A stretch of DNA of 63,979 nucleotides, counting the filler. It is 10 parts of 10 records of this genome, joined end to end, with 100 filler letters (N's around TTAATTAATTAA, not from the genome) between each part and the next. Parts side by side here need not be neighbours in the genome. Positions count along the whole stretch, not along the records: positions 33,906 to 37,022 come from SRR7504441_600; positions 37,123 to 40,247 come from SRR7504441_602; positions 40,348 to 48,529 come from SRR7504441_603; 7 more parts are not named here. The stretch is one strand, 5' to 3'. Below the pieces are notes generated by a model. It did no database searches and was not told the DNA's origin. It saw only the letters and a list, made by a program, of their open reading frames with translations. The first letter of the stretch is position 1. Every line of letters begins with the position of its first letter. The position numbers were made by a program, and so were the translations under genes. Positions 33,965 to 44,773 of this stretch are shown in pieces.

Positions 33965-36237
33965 TCATAACTCTTGATCAGAGACTGAGGATTGGATTGT
34001 TCTTGTGCGGTTGTTTTCTTCCATCCTCTTAACACACTCCCGCTTTAGCTTCTTGGCCCATTCGATAGGCGCCTTGCAGGCAAAAGCATCGGTGATCCTA
34101 GTCGGGATCTTGCCCCCCACCACAGTCTGGTTCACCACCGTGACCTGCCCCCTGGCTCAGCTCCTCTAGTTTGCGCGGTCTGCACCCGGGTGTGGTTCCC
34201 GTCGCTCTCTAGTCGGTACCCGCCTATTATGGTCTTCAGCCGCACCCAGCCCGGGTCCTCCACAGCGGGACCATCCTCACACAAGATGGTGTACACCTCT
34301 GGCCCTTCCGGAGCCGGCTGTCTCACCCACCACCGCTGGCACAGGTCCCGCTGGCTCACTCCCCACTGCTTCTTGAGCTGGAAGTACACCAGCTGCCAGC
34401 TAGTCCCGGGCTCGTCCGGAACGCTCGGCCGCTGCTCGTCCACCGGCGGCGATACGAGCGCACACGGCAGCGCTCCAGTTGTTGATGAATCGCAATCACT
34501 GCTCCCGAGCATCGAGACGGCGGTAAACAGCGAGTCCCACTGAGCCCGTCGGTTGTGGTCGAGTAGCAGCTCCAGCACCAGACGGCACGGCGCTTGCACT
34601 TGCAGATCCGCGCGCACAAGCACCGACTCGGGACGCGGCTGGGCGAGCACGATCACCCCAGGCCGGTCCGATTTCAACTGCCAGCCGGAACCGGGCTGGA
34701 GCGGGTCGGCGGCGCAGAGGTCGGTCAGTTGTTCAAACCCGCTCTGCCAGTCGGAGGCAGGGCTGGGCTCCGGTGGGGCTGGTGCCAGAGGCTGGCCTAG
34801 TTCGAGCTCCTCGAGCACGGCGAGAGCGAGCCCGAGCTGGAGCTCGTCGATGGGCAGCCGCTGCTGCTGGATGGCAACTGCCCGGCTTGCCATCTGTCTG
34901 CCCTGCCCGGCAAGGGCTGGCACTTTGGTCATCACCGAGGCAAGCGAGCTGAGTGCAGAGCAGAGCTCATCAAGCAGATCTGGCTCGCACTGCCGCTGCA
35001 GCTGGTCCGACCTGCCGCCTTTGAGCTGCTGCCTGACCGGCCGGCACCTCAACCGGACGGCGTGCAAGTACACGTCGGCGCTCTTGGCAAACTCACCTGC
35101 TCCGAGACTAGAGCGGGGGAGGCCTGGCGGGGCACCTATCGCCTGCAGCGCGCTCGCTTTGAGAAGAAGCGAGCGGACGGGATCATGTAGCCACCAGAGC
35201 TTCCGCCACCATCCCTCGGGGCCCCACTCCCGCAGCCAGCCCAACGGCAGCCACTCCTCCCGCTCGGCCTGCAGCTGCTCAGCTAGCGCCGGCTCAAGCA
35301 GCAGCACAGCACGCGCATACTCCCCACGGTCGAACCGGCCCTGGGCCAACAGCAGGCACGCCAGGCTAGCAAACCCACGCGGGCCGTCCTTAGACGCCCG
35401 GATCGGCTCCAGCCGGCTCGAGCAGTCGTGGCCCCGCCCTAGGTGAGTCTGCATGGCTGCAGTGACCAATTGAAGCACACACCAGCCCGGCTCGAGCGGC
35501 TCAGGCACCGCACGCAGCCGGTCAGCGTACAACAGGCACTGGTAGGCCGGCTCAAACTGGTGCGAAAGGCACAGCCGGATCGCGTGCCGGGTCAGAGCTC
35601 TCTCGGTCGGCTCATCTGCGGGTAGGTGCGCCACCACCGGATGCCGCTGGTCGCCCGCAGCCGCAAACAGGTCTGCACGTGCGGCAAGCATCGGCTCGAG
35701 CAACTGGTGCTGCCCGGCCGCCACCGCCAGCCATAGCGGGCTCTGCCCTCCGTGTGCCGGCAGGTTGACGTCGGCCGCCGCCTGCAGGAGCGCCCGCACT
35801 GCTTCGGGCTGGTGGGCGGCCACCGCGTGGCTGATTGCGGCCCAACCGTCCTCGTCGCGGGCGTCTGGGTCCGACCTGGGCAGCAGCAGCCGGACTGCGC
35901 CCAGCTGGCCATTCCGGGCGGCCAGCATCAGCGCACTAAAGCCCTCGCTGGTCTGCAGGGCTGGGTCGCAGCTGCCCGTCTGGCCGAGCAGCAGCCCAAG
36001 CACCTCTTCGAACCCCTCCGCCGCCGCGAAGTGCACCGCGGCCCAGCCCTGCCGGTCCACCGCGTTCAGCTCGACCGCGCGCAGCCGGGGCTCCCGCGGG
36101 TGGTTCATCCCCACCAGCGCCCGGACCGCGCGCAGGTCGTTCGCCTTGGCCGCCGCGATCAAATCGCCCCCGGCCCGGTCCTGGTGCCGGGCCGAGGTCC
36201 GCTGCAGGTCCACCAGCGATCCGACCCAGCCTGCCAT
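33965..36237 (-). CDS. Ankyrin-repeat + TPR-like + START lipid-binding domain protein
   Basis: Ankyrin repeats (DRQGWAAVHFAAAEG, GFSALMLAARNG). START motifs GWQLKSDRPGV, RAQWD and WGVSQRDLC. The last exon VTVVNQTVVGGKIPT...* is spliced from ~34144. Confidence 0.8.
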
Positions 36238-36350
36238 TCAGCGAGGCTGTCAGCCGACCCGCACTGCAGTCTGTTTCTGGCGCCTCCCGGCAAAGCTGAC
36301 GGAGTCCGTTGCAGCTCGGCCGGCAACCCTCTCGCTCACCGCGCCCCACA

Positions 36351-37022
36351 ATGTCGGAGGAAGAGCGGCAGCGGATCACCAAGCTGGCGGATTATGTGGC
36401 GAAGAACGGCCCGCAAGTGCACACCCGCCCGGTGGGCGGCCGGCTCAGGCCGGGGTGGGGGCTCTCAGATGGAGGACATGGTCAAGCAGAAGAACGCCGG
36501 CAACCCGGACTTCGCATTCCTGTTCGGCGGCCCCGGCGCCGAGCTGTATGAGCAGACCAAGCGCCAACTCTCGCAGCCCCAGGGTGCCACAAGACGGCCG
36601 GGGTTGGCTGAGCGGCCTGCAGCTCCGCCGGGCGTAGACTACGGACCTCCCGGTGTGCCGGGCGGAGACTACGGTCCGCCCGGGGTGCCCGCCCCGCCGG
36701 CCCAGGACTACGGCCCACCTGGCGTCCCGGGCGCACCGGTGCCGCCGAGCTATCCTCCGCAGGGTGCCCGCCGCTTGCGCCACTGTCGACTTGCGCTCAG
36801 GGGACTACAATAACTCGAGCTACGGGGGCAACTACGGCGGCGGCAGCTACGGTGGAGGTGGCGGCCCGGCCGGCGCCCGCGCACACCTGTCGAATAGGCG
36901 GCGGCTATGGTGGCGGCGGCTACGGCGGCGGCGGCGACAACTATGGTGGAGGAGGCAACTACGGCGGCAGCGGCGGCGGCTATGGCGGCGGTGGCTACGG
37001 CGGCGGCGGCGGTGGCTACGGC
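36351..37022 (+). CDS. SURP (SWAP) domain protein with Pro-rich and Gly/Tyr-rich low-complexity tail (3' truncated)
   Basis: ITKLADYVAKNGPQ|MEDMVKQKNAGNPDFAFLFGG, followed by DYGPPGVP repeats and GGGGYG repeats. Confidence 0.8.
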
Positions 37023-37122
37023 NNNNNNNNNNNNNNNNNNNNNNNNNNNNNNNNNNNNNNNNNNNNTTAATTAATTAANNNNNNNNNNNNNNNNNNNNNN
37101 NNNNNNNNNNNNNNNNNNNNNN

Positions 37123-37476
37123 GGCTGTTCCGGCGGATCCTGCGGCTTCACCGGTGGAAGCTCCCGGCCGAGATGCGCGAGCTGGGCGACCGCTACGTCA
37201 AGGCCGAATTCCGGCTGCACCGGACCGCCAACGCGGCCCAGGCACCGGCCGCACCGGGCTGGCAGAGCGGGGGCAGGTGCAAAGCTTCATGGCCGAGTGG
37301 AGCCAGTACGCCGCCCAGCTCGAAACCCAGGCCGGCGACTTTGGCCAAAGCATGTCCCCGGAGCAGGTGCCGCCCCAGCCCGGCGAGGGCCGAGCCCGCG
37401 GCAGTTGGACGGTCTGACCGGCGAACAGAGGGCGCAGCTAGACAAGCTGCGTGGGAATACCGGGCAGGAGGGCTGA
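37123..37476 (+). CDS. SDHAF3: Succinate dehydrogenase assembly factor 3 (ACN9/Sdh7, LYR family), 5' truncated
   Basis: [32 protein letters not shown]...[12 protein letters not shown]...[12 protein letters not shown]. Introns at 37242-37276 (GC-AG) and 37367-37404. Confidence 0.9.
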   Translation, partial: GCSGGSCGFTGGSSRPRCASWATATSRPNSGCTGPPTRPRHRPHRAGRAGAGAKLHGRVEPVRRPARNPGRRLWPKHVPGAGAAPARRGPSPRQLDGLTGEQRAQLDKLRGNTGQEG

Positions 37477-37554
37477 GCGCCCAGCTGGACGGGCTAGAGC
37501 CGAGCGGCGATTGGGGATGCGGATTGATTGAAACGAGTCGGGTTTATTGCTAGT

Positions 37555-38515
37555 TTAGTTGGGCGCCTCTCGCTCCCACCGGTGCCCGCACTGCTTACAG
37601 ACTACCTGCGCTATGGGTGCCGGTCGGTCCTGCTCGCAGTTGCCCCAAACCTGCCCCCACGACCGTCAACAGTCTGGTCCAACTCGGATTGGGCGACATA
37701 CAATATTACGTACTCGTACTCTCGTACTCTCGTACGTACTAAGCAAATCACGGAAGCAACAACGAAACAGTGCTCAAGTGGGATGTGCAGGCGGGCTACC
37801 TCAGCCTTGCGAGATGTGAGCACGTCCCCCACGACCAGATACTCTGCCCCCCCGGCTGAGCAGACTAGCGTGATGAAATCCAAGGGCAGTCACTGGTCTC
37901 CTTGGAGTGACACTCGCCACAGATGAATCTGCCCAGCCTGAGCCCGGGCAGCCCAGCCCGTCACAAGTCCGTGTCGTTCATCCGGACCGTGCTGTCCGCC
38001 AGCTGGCAGTTATTCAGGCTGTTGAGCCGCAGCTGTTCCTGCTTGCTCCGAGTCTCCTCATCAGCCAGCGCCTGCACCAACCTCACGGTGGCCAGCCCCC
38101 CTGCCCAACACCTCGCTGGTGGCTGCGACCGCCTCTGCCGACGAGGTCTGCCCGAGCAGCAGTCCGAGCGCCAGCTCAGAGCTCTTTCTGAGGTTGAACG
38201 CGAGTGATTTGCACTTGGCTTTGTACTCGTTCCAGCCCAGCCGACCGAACGCCTCTGCCCCCGCTGCTGCCCCCGGCCGGCCGTGCAGCCACCCTGCTCC
38301 AGCTTATCCGCCACCGCCTCCATTTCCTCCTCCTCGAACCCGAAGGCGCCTGCGGCCAGCTCGGGCATTCCAGCCGGCCGGTCACTCTCTGAGCCGGCCA
38401 TGCTCCGGGCCAGCAGCTTGACTGCGTTGGCACGAGTGGCGGTCACCCGCTCGGCCGTCGGGGGAGGCTCGGCCGACGCCTTGCGCTTCCGCCCCCGCGC
38501 CCCGGGCCGCTGCAT
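37555..38515 (-). CDS. TFIIS-like protein (central domain plus C-terminal zinc ribbon) lacking the ADEP acidic hairpin
   Basis: The spliced product reads YKAKCKSLAFNLRK (TFIIS domain II) ... FICGECHSKETKYLVVGDVLTSRKAE|VWGNCEQDRPAPIAQVVCKQCGHRWE. Confidence 0.75.
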
Positions 38516-38595
38516 CGCAGCGCCCGCTGCGCTGCAGGTCAGCACGGCGTGCAGCTGCAGCTCACGAGTTTTTATATTCGCGATTCAGTGTGGGG

Positions 38596-39501
38596 ATGCA
38601 GCCCCAAGCCGGCCGGGTGGCGCAGGTGCGGGTGGGTCTAGACCGCCTGCCGCAGCAGCTCCGCACCCGGGTGCGATTGGCCCTCCAGCGGTGCGGCGAT
38701 CAACAGCAGCCCAGCCCACTCCGCGCCCGGCTGGACAGCACAGTGAGCCCTGCGCTCAGGCGGCGCGTCAGGAGGGGGTTTCTCGCCAAATCACGCCCGG
38801 CCGGGCAGGATGCGCAATGTGCCAGTTGCAGCTACGCCAGATGCAGCTACGCCTGGCGCAAGTGGCTGCAAGCCCGTAGGCTCGGGGCGAATCGGCTGCT
38901 GCTGGCCAGGGTGGGTGGGGAGCACTGGAGACGTGTCGAGTTGCGAACCGGGCTGGGCTGCTGGAGGACCAGTGCGGAGAGGCGCTCAGTGGCAGCGCGG
39001 TTGGGTGCATTTAAAGCGGCATACAGAGCTATGGACCGATGGCGGGGCGTTGCCGCGGTCGGGTATGAGCAGCGTTGGCTGCTGGGCTCTGCCGGTGGCG
39101 CCTTTGGTAGCAGAACGATGCGAAAGGCGCTCATGTGTTGGATGGGGAGTGCGGCCGTGCTTACAACGCAGGAAGGTTTGGTTCTGATGGCAGTCTCGCG
39201 GCGAATGCTACAGCTCGCACAGAGATGCCTCCAGTACTGGAGAAGTGGGAGCATGCTCAGCTCGGAGCGGCGGTCGCTGTTGGAGGCGAGAAATAAGCAC
39301 AGTTTACTCAAGAGAAACTTTAAGGCTTGGAACAGTTTTGCGCGGCATGTACGCTCTCGATCTCGGCTGGGGCATTCCGCAGCGCTACAAGTCAAAAAGA
39401 TCCGGGAGACTCGTTTGCGTATGCACCGATGGATTGTCCAGTCAGCGAGACGACGGCGGCTCAATAAGGCGTTCTCCGCGTGGCGAGAGCGGATGGCTTG
39501 A
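38596..39501 (+). CDS. Sfi1-like repeat (centrin-binding) protein
   Basis: Arg-rich helical ORF with periodic Trp: AWRKW, GLGCWR, AMDRWR, ALMCW, CLQYWR, NFKAW, AFSAWR. Confidence 0.6.
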   Translation: MQPQAGRVAQVRVGLDRLPQQLRTRVRLALQRCGDQQQPSPLRARLDSTVSPALRRRVRRGFLAKSRPAGQDAQCASCSYARCSYAWRKWLQARRLGANRLLLARVGGEHWRRVELRTGLGCWRTSAERRSVAARLGAFKAAYRAMDRWRGVAAVGYEQRWLLGSAGGAFGSRTMRKALMCWMGSAAVLTTQEGLVLMAVSRRMLQLAQRCLQYWRSGSMLSSERRSLLEARNKHSLLKRNFKAWNSFARHVRSRSRLGHSAALQVKKIRETRLRMHRWIVQSARRRRLNKAFSAWRERMA

Positions 39502-39724
39502 CACATCTTCTAACTACTGACTTTTAGTCAATTAATTAATGCGATACTGAGTTATTGTACCAACCGCGTACAATTCATGGTACCGTAGCTGCAACCGCGT
39601 ACAACACTAAGCAGTATTACTTTTGTGTACCTTTTATGCATGCGTACTAAGCATAGCAAGCGGAGCATGCGCCTGTTAGCTCTCGCGCCAGTCGGTGTGC
39701 TCAACGCCACATTTCATTGATAAC

Positions 39725-40247
39725 TCATTGAATTGCCTTATGAACATGTTCCATCATCCCTTCAGGAGTGGCCGGCCCGTTATACGACACCGAGGTCTCG
39801 CCTCCTTGCTGCACATAAAACGGCCCCTGCTTGCTCTCCGGGTCTGCAAAGTAGTCAGGAGTGTTATCAAACAGCATAAGGGTGCCATTGTTCTGTTTGA
39901 CTAACTCGCTAAGATACGGCAGCGCGTCTATGGACATCTGTTGCTTGAGCCTGGCATTCTCCACAAGGTCGCCGTCCTTGCAGTCGGGGTGGGTCTGCAC
40001 CAACCGGCCCTTCCGCTTGCCCCGGCCGATCTGCCGTGTCACCAGTACCTCCGGCACCACGAATGTCGCCATTGCTGAGACCTCGTACCCAGCTGCCACA
40101 GCGTCGTCAATCACTGACTTGTATTTTTTTGTCATGTGGGCTTCTTTGGTGATGCCCATCACAACGTCCTTCTTGGCGGCCAGAGCCTCGCTAGCAAACC
40201 GGTCCTTGTACTCGCCAGAGTTGTTGTAGCACCAGTGCTCCGAGTCC
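39725..40247 (-). CDS. Zeta-toxin-like P-loop kinase, C-terminal part
   Basis: AAGYEVSAMATFVVPEVLVTRQIGRGKRKGRLV...LMLFDNT matches the zeta-toxin lid/C-terminal pattern. The Walker A region would lie beyond the linker. Confidence 0.55.
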
Positions 40248-40347
40248 NNNNNNNNNNNNNNNNNNNNNNNNNNNNNNNNNNNNNNNNNNNNTTAATTAAT
40301 TAANNNNNNNNNNNNNNNNNNNNNNNNNNNNNNNNNNNNNNNNNNNN

Positions 40348-41331
40348 GCGCTGTTTCTGGCGTTCCAGGCGCTGATCGAGCCGGGCGACCAGGTGGTGGT
40401 CATCGAGCCGGCGTTCGACCTGTACCGGGCTCAGATCCTGATGGCCGGCGGCGAGTGCGTGGCGGTGCCGCTCAGGAGCCCCGAGGGAGCGAGCAGCTCA
40501 GCCGAGTTCTACCTGGACATGGACGAGCTCCGGGCCGCGCTCGGGCCCCGGACCCGGATGATGTTGATCAACTCTCCACATAACCCAACAGGGAAAGTGT
40601 TCAGCCGAGAGGAGTTGCTCGCAGTCGCGGAGCTGCTGCGCGAGTTCCCGCGGTGCCTTGTGCTCACCGATGAAGTGTACGATAACTTGGTGTTCGACGA
40701 CCAGCCGTTTTGCCACTTCGCCACCCTGCCGCATATGTGGGACCGCACACTCACGCTGAGCAGCGCCGGCAAAACATTCTCAGTGACCGGGTGGAAAGTG
40801 GGCTGGGCGTGCGGCCCAGCCGAGCTGGTGCACCAGCTGGCGGTGGCCCAGCAGTGGGTGGTGTTCTCCGTGGCCACCCCGCTCCAGCAGGCGATCGCGA
40901 TGGCACTGGAGGTGGCTGATGAGCCATACAACGGCCACGAAAGCTTCTACCACTGGCTGCGGGCCCAGTACGCCCGAAAGCGCGAGATCCTAGTGCAAGG
41001 GCTGCGCACTGCCGGGCTTAAGCCGATCGTGCCCCAGGGAGCGTTTTACGTGATGGCGAGCACAGCGCATTTGAAGGTTCCGGATCCTCAGACACTCGCT
41101 GGCAGGGTGCAGGCCAAAGGGATCCAGATCGACCCGAGCACAGCTGAGCTGCGCGACTACAACGTGTGCCGGTGGCTCTCGCTGGAGGTTGGGGTTACTG
41201 CGATCCCTCCGAGTGCGTTCATGGGCCCGGAGAGTAAGCAGCTGATGGCCGGGATGGTCCGGTTCGCTTTCTGCAAAGAGGACGCGGTGGTCCAGCAAGC
41301 CGTGCAGAAACTGATCGCCGGGCTGCGATAG
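40348..41331 (+). CDS. Class I PLP aminotransferase, kynurenine/glutamine transaminase type (5' truncated)
   Basis: INSPHNPTGKVFSREEL, TDEVYD, SAGKTFSVTGWKVGW (PLP lysine), GVTAIPPSAF, VRFAFCK. Confidence 0.93.
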   Translation, partial: ALFLAFQALIEPGDQVVVIEPAFDLYRAQILMAGGECVAVPLRSPEGASSSAEFYLDMDELRAALGPRTRMMLINSPHNPTGKVFSREELLAVAELLREFPRCLVLTDEVYDNLVFDDQPFCHFATLPHMWDRTLTLSSAGKTFSVTGWKVGWACGPAELVHQLAVAQQWVVFSVATPLQQAIAMALEVADEPYNGHESFYHWLRAQYARKREILVQGLRTAGLKPIVPQGAFYVMASTAHLKVPDPQTLAGRVQAKGIQIDPSTAELRDYNVCRWLSLEVGVTAIPPSAFMGPESKQLMAGMVRFAFCKEDAVVQQAVQKLIAGLR

Positions 41332-41473
41332 CCGGACGGCAATCCCCTACGGCGCTTCGTGGTTGCAGATTTGGCGCATGGCCCCGCACTACGAGTATAG
41401 CTAAGCATCGCCATCGCATGTCTTGACTGAAATATTTAATTTTAATCTGATCAAAAGCGGCATATGTAAGTCA

Positions 41474-42217
41474 CTACACTGCATGGTGGTCCGGCGTAGG
41501 CTTTCCTCGGCAGGCCCATCTCGCGTTGCGGTAGTCGCCCAGGTGGGGCAACATCCACAACAGCCCCCCTGCTCGCGGGCCTAGCACAGACTTCCAATTA
41601 TGATACCAGCCCCCGCTCGGGGCGAGCTCGCCAGTCCCTAACCAGTGGCCGGCCAGCTGCATCATCGTCTGGCCGGTCAGGATCAAATAAAGGTGCACGC
41701 CGGCGTACAACGCGCACCCGATCCCCACCGAACAGCACAGCACGCAACAGACCACCGTCCGCCGGGCGTGCTGGGTCTGGCACAGCTCGACTCGCGGCTG
41801 GCCCAGGCAGCGGGCGGCCAGTCGAGCGGTGAAGCCCAGCCCGATCGCGCTGCCGAGCACCAGCCAGCTGAGCAGGCTGAAGAACTGGGCTCGGTTGTGC
41901 CTTCCTACACAGTTGGCGATCCAGGGGCAGTGATGGTCGAATCCGGGCACGCACGTGCCGCAGACACGGCAATGCTGGGACGAGGCCGGCCTGGTGGCCT
42001 GGCATGCTGCGCAGTACTCGTCCCCAGGCCCGGCGGGCTCCGGGCAGGCGGCCACGCAGGCCAAGAAGAACCAAAGGATGCTCCCGAACACCCAGAGCTC
42101 GAGCAGCCCCAGGCTGGCCCGGTCCACCGCCACCTGCGCGAACAGCCGGGCCGCCAGCCCGACCACCCCCACGAAGCACGCCACCAGCGCCCACCCGGCC
42201 GCACGGAGCACCTGCAT
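41474..42217 (-). CDS. DHHC palmitoyltransferase
   Basis: CAAC...RPASSQHCRVCGTCVPGFDHHCPWIANCVGRHN, with four hydrophobic segments. Confidence 0.93.
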   Translation of the reverse strand: MQVLRAAGWALVACFVGVVGLAARLFAQVAVDRASLGLLELWVFGSILWFFLACVAACPEPAGPGDEYCAACQATRPASSQHCRVCGTCVPGFDHHCPWIANCVGRHNRAQFFSLLSWLVLGSAIGLGFTARLAARCLGQPRVELCQTQHARRTVVCCVLCCSVGIGCALYAGVHLYLILTGQTMMQLAGHWLGTGELAPSGGWYHNWKSVLGPRAGGLLWMLPHLGDYRNARWACRGKPTPDHHAV

Positions 42218-42409
42218 CTGGGACTCACTGCCGTTATCCCGACGTTTATCGAGTTTATTCATCGTTGCAATCATATACATGTAGCAACCTTGATATTTCG
42301 GCGTGTTGTTTACATCGTAGTATAGTTCTCGAGCACGTGCTCTTAGTTCTACGAAGTAATCGCACTTACGTAACCAATGACATTTTAAATCAAGTGCAAA
42401 ATTTCTTTT

Positions 42410-43192
42410 TTACATGTACTGAACCGGCCCACGCAATAGCCACACATCCACCTCCGCTTTGTCCTCAAACCCGCGGCGCGGGTCACCCGGCGACACAGTC
42501 TCAGCCTGCGCGAACCAGGTCGGGACCGCCCGACCCCACCGGCTGTAAGCCTCCGTGCGTCCTATCGCGGTATCGAAACAAACCAATGCAGTGCCATCTG
42601 GGCAAGTCGCCTCATGAATCGACCGGAGGAGTGGCTCTACCAGCAGCGGGTCGTACACCGTGTCCGCGCTCACCACAAGCGGCACCGGGCCCGACAGGGG
42701 CAGAGGGTCCCCCCATCTGTATGGCCGCACCGACACCATTTCGCGCTGGGCTGCGGTCAGATTGGCCGCAAGGTTTGCCTGGCAGCCCGGCAGGACGGCC
42801 GGCAGGTCCGTGAGCAGCACGCTGTGCCCACTGAGCGCGAGCACCAGCCCGGGCACCGCCCCCACCCCGCAGCCGAGCTCGAGCGCCGAAGCCCCGGGCT
42901 CCGGGGCCAGCCAGTGGGCGTTGTGAGCAATAAACCTGGCCGCCACCACCGCGCCGTCCCAGACCACCGCCCCAGTGGTCGAGCTGGCCTCAGTGGGCCC
43001 CGGGGCGCCATCGCACCCTGTGCCGCGGAGTGTAATCTGCTGAGTCAGCCTGAGTGTCCAGCCAGCTACCGTGAGCTCCAGCTGGCCGGCCGACCGCTCA
43101 ACCAGCGTCTCCGGGGCGAAGATCGGCTCGATCGCGCAGTCGTCGCTGCTGCTGGCCCCGTCCTGATCCTCGAGCGCGCTGCCCTGCTTCAT
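42410..43192 (-). CDS. METTL21/Methyltransf_16-family protein lysine methyltransferase
   Basis: TGAVVWDGAVV, ALELGCGVG, LTDLP, YRWG, SADTVYD. Confidence 0.9.
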   Translation of the reverse strand: MKQGSALEDQDGASSSDDCAIEPIFAPETLVERSAGQLELTVAGWTLRLTQQITLRGTGCDGAPGPTEASSTTGAVVWDGAVVAARFIAHNAHWLAPEPGASALELGCGVGAVPGLVLALSGHSVLLTDLPAVLPGCQANLAANLTAAQREMVSVRPYRWGDPLPLSGPVPLVVSADTVYDPLLVEPLLRSIHEATCPDGTALVCFDTAIGRTEAYSRWGRAVPTWFAQAETVSPGDPRRGFEDKAEVDVWLLRGPVQYM

Positions 43193-43304
43193 CCTAGCTG
43201 CTTCACCGCATAGAGGGCCGACCGCAGCTGCCGTTAGAAAGCCGAGGCCGCACTGAACTGAAAGAGCATCCGGCGGCTTGTGGCCAACCCAAGCACTTGG
43301 TCCG

Positions 43305-44534
43305 ATGCTCGCGGCGGGGGAGGCGGAGCTGCGGGTGCGGCAGCTTGAGCACGAGAATGCCGAACTGACCGAGAAGCTGGCCGGGCTGCGGTGTGAGCAG
43401 AGCGCCTGGGATCGTCAACTGCACGCGATGCTGGCCGAGCGGTCCGAGTGGGAGCGCGAGCTGCACCAGCTGCTCGACGGCCAGAGGCAGCGGGCCGAGG
43501 CGCTCGAGCAGCAGCTGAGCCAGGCGAGCGCGGCCAGCGAGCGAAGCCAGGCGGAGACCGGACAGCTGCGCTCGGAGCTGGAGGAGTGGACAGCCACCCG
43601 TCAGTCGCTCGAGCTTGAAGTGGTCTGTCTGAAGTCGGCCTTGGCCAAGAGCATGGCCCGGGAGGCCGAGACCGAGGCAGGGAGCCTCGACCGGCAGGCG
43701 AGCCAGGCGCTCGAGACCGAAGTCGAGCTGGCCAAGTCGGCGCTCAAGGCGGCGCTCAGCGAGCGGCAGACCCCCGACCCGTCCCAGCTTGCCCCGCTGC
43801 GAGCCGAGCTGGCCAGCACGCAGCGGCAGGCTGAGGAGCTCCGGGAGCAGTTGGCTGAGCACAGCGCCGGCCGGCATTCGCTGGCTCTCGAGAGGGACTG
43901 GCTGAAGGCGGCGCTTGACCGGACGCAAGCGGAGATGGAGGACCTTGAGCGCGAGAGAGACGAGCTGAGCCAAGCCCGGACAGAGGCAGTGACGCTGACG
44001 GACCACCAGGCGCTGCAGGAGCAACTGGAGCGTAGAGAGGCGGAGTCCGGTAGCTGGCGGGATCGAGTGCAGATGCTTGAACAGAGTGCGGCCGAAGCTG
44101 ACAGGGAGAGGCAGGCACTGGTCGGCCAGACCGGCCAGCTCCAAGCCGAGCTAGCCGCGCTGGCTGAGGCGCGAGACCAGCGACTGGCTGAGCTGGAGCT
44201 CAAGCTGGCGCACGCGGAGGAACGGCATCTCGCAGCAGCTGGCCAGCTCTCATTGATGGTCGAGCAGTGCGAGGGGAGCTTGTTGCTGGAGGGTAGTACG
44301 GAGAAGCATCTGGAGCCGGCCGGGCCCAGCAGGGCAGCCAGCGCAGCGGTGCAAGCAGCCACCAGACAGGGCCAGCAAGACCTACGCAAGGCGGGACCTA
44401 CAGATCCAGCTCGAGGCGGTTTGTGCGCCACCCCTGCACTCAGTTTGTTTGCGGTACTGAGCTTCCTCGTAATGGCGTTGGTCTTGCTAACGCCTGATTC
44501 GTATTTGAGGACGCTGTCGTCAATACTATCGTAA
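43305..44534 (+). CDS. Coiled-coil protein with a C-terminal transmembrane anchor
   Basis: About 340 aa of heptads followed by LSLFAVLSFLVMALVLL near the C-terminus. Confidence 0.7.
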   Translation: MLAAGEAELRVRQLEHENAELTEKLAGLRCEQSAWDRQLHAMLAERSEWERELHQLLDGQRQRAEALEQQLSQASAASERSQAETGQLRSELEEWTATRQSLELEVVCLKSALAKSMAREAETEAGSLDRQASQALETEVELAKSALKAALSERQTPDPSQLAPLRAELASTQRQAEELREQLAEHSAGRHSLALERDWLKAALDRTQAEMEDLERERDELSQARTEAVTLTDHQALQEQLERREAESGSWRDRVQMLEQSAAEADRERQALVGQTGQLQAELAALAEARDQRLAELELKLAHAEERHLAAAGQLSLMVEQCEGSLLLEGSTEKHLEPAGPSRAASAAVQAATRQGQQDLRKAGPTDPARGGLCATPALSLFAVLSFLVMALVLLTPDSYLRTLSSILS

Positions 44535-44773
44535 CCACCGACGCACTTTTGTGCTCGTCCTGATCATTCAATTCATCCAGGGCCTCGGGAAATGTCATAG
44601 GATTGCCATAATAAAAGCAACGAAAACACAATGCATACATATGCGGTACAATACTTTAACATGTCGTTCTGCTCGAGAGACGTGCGTGCACATACTGTGT
44701 ACGTAGATCTACAGCTCGACAGCTGCAGTACAATACGGACTGTGTCAAAACGTGGAGTCACGATACGATTTGG

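Noticed and set aside
36820-37022. GGC-rich repeat tract
   Set aside because: It encodes the Gly/Tyr-rich tail of the SURP protein and is not an independent repeat element.
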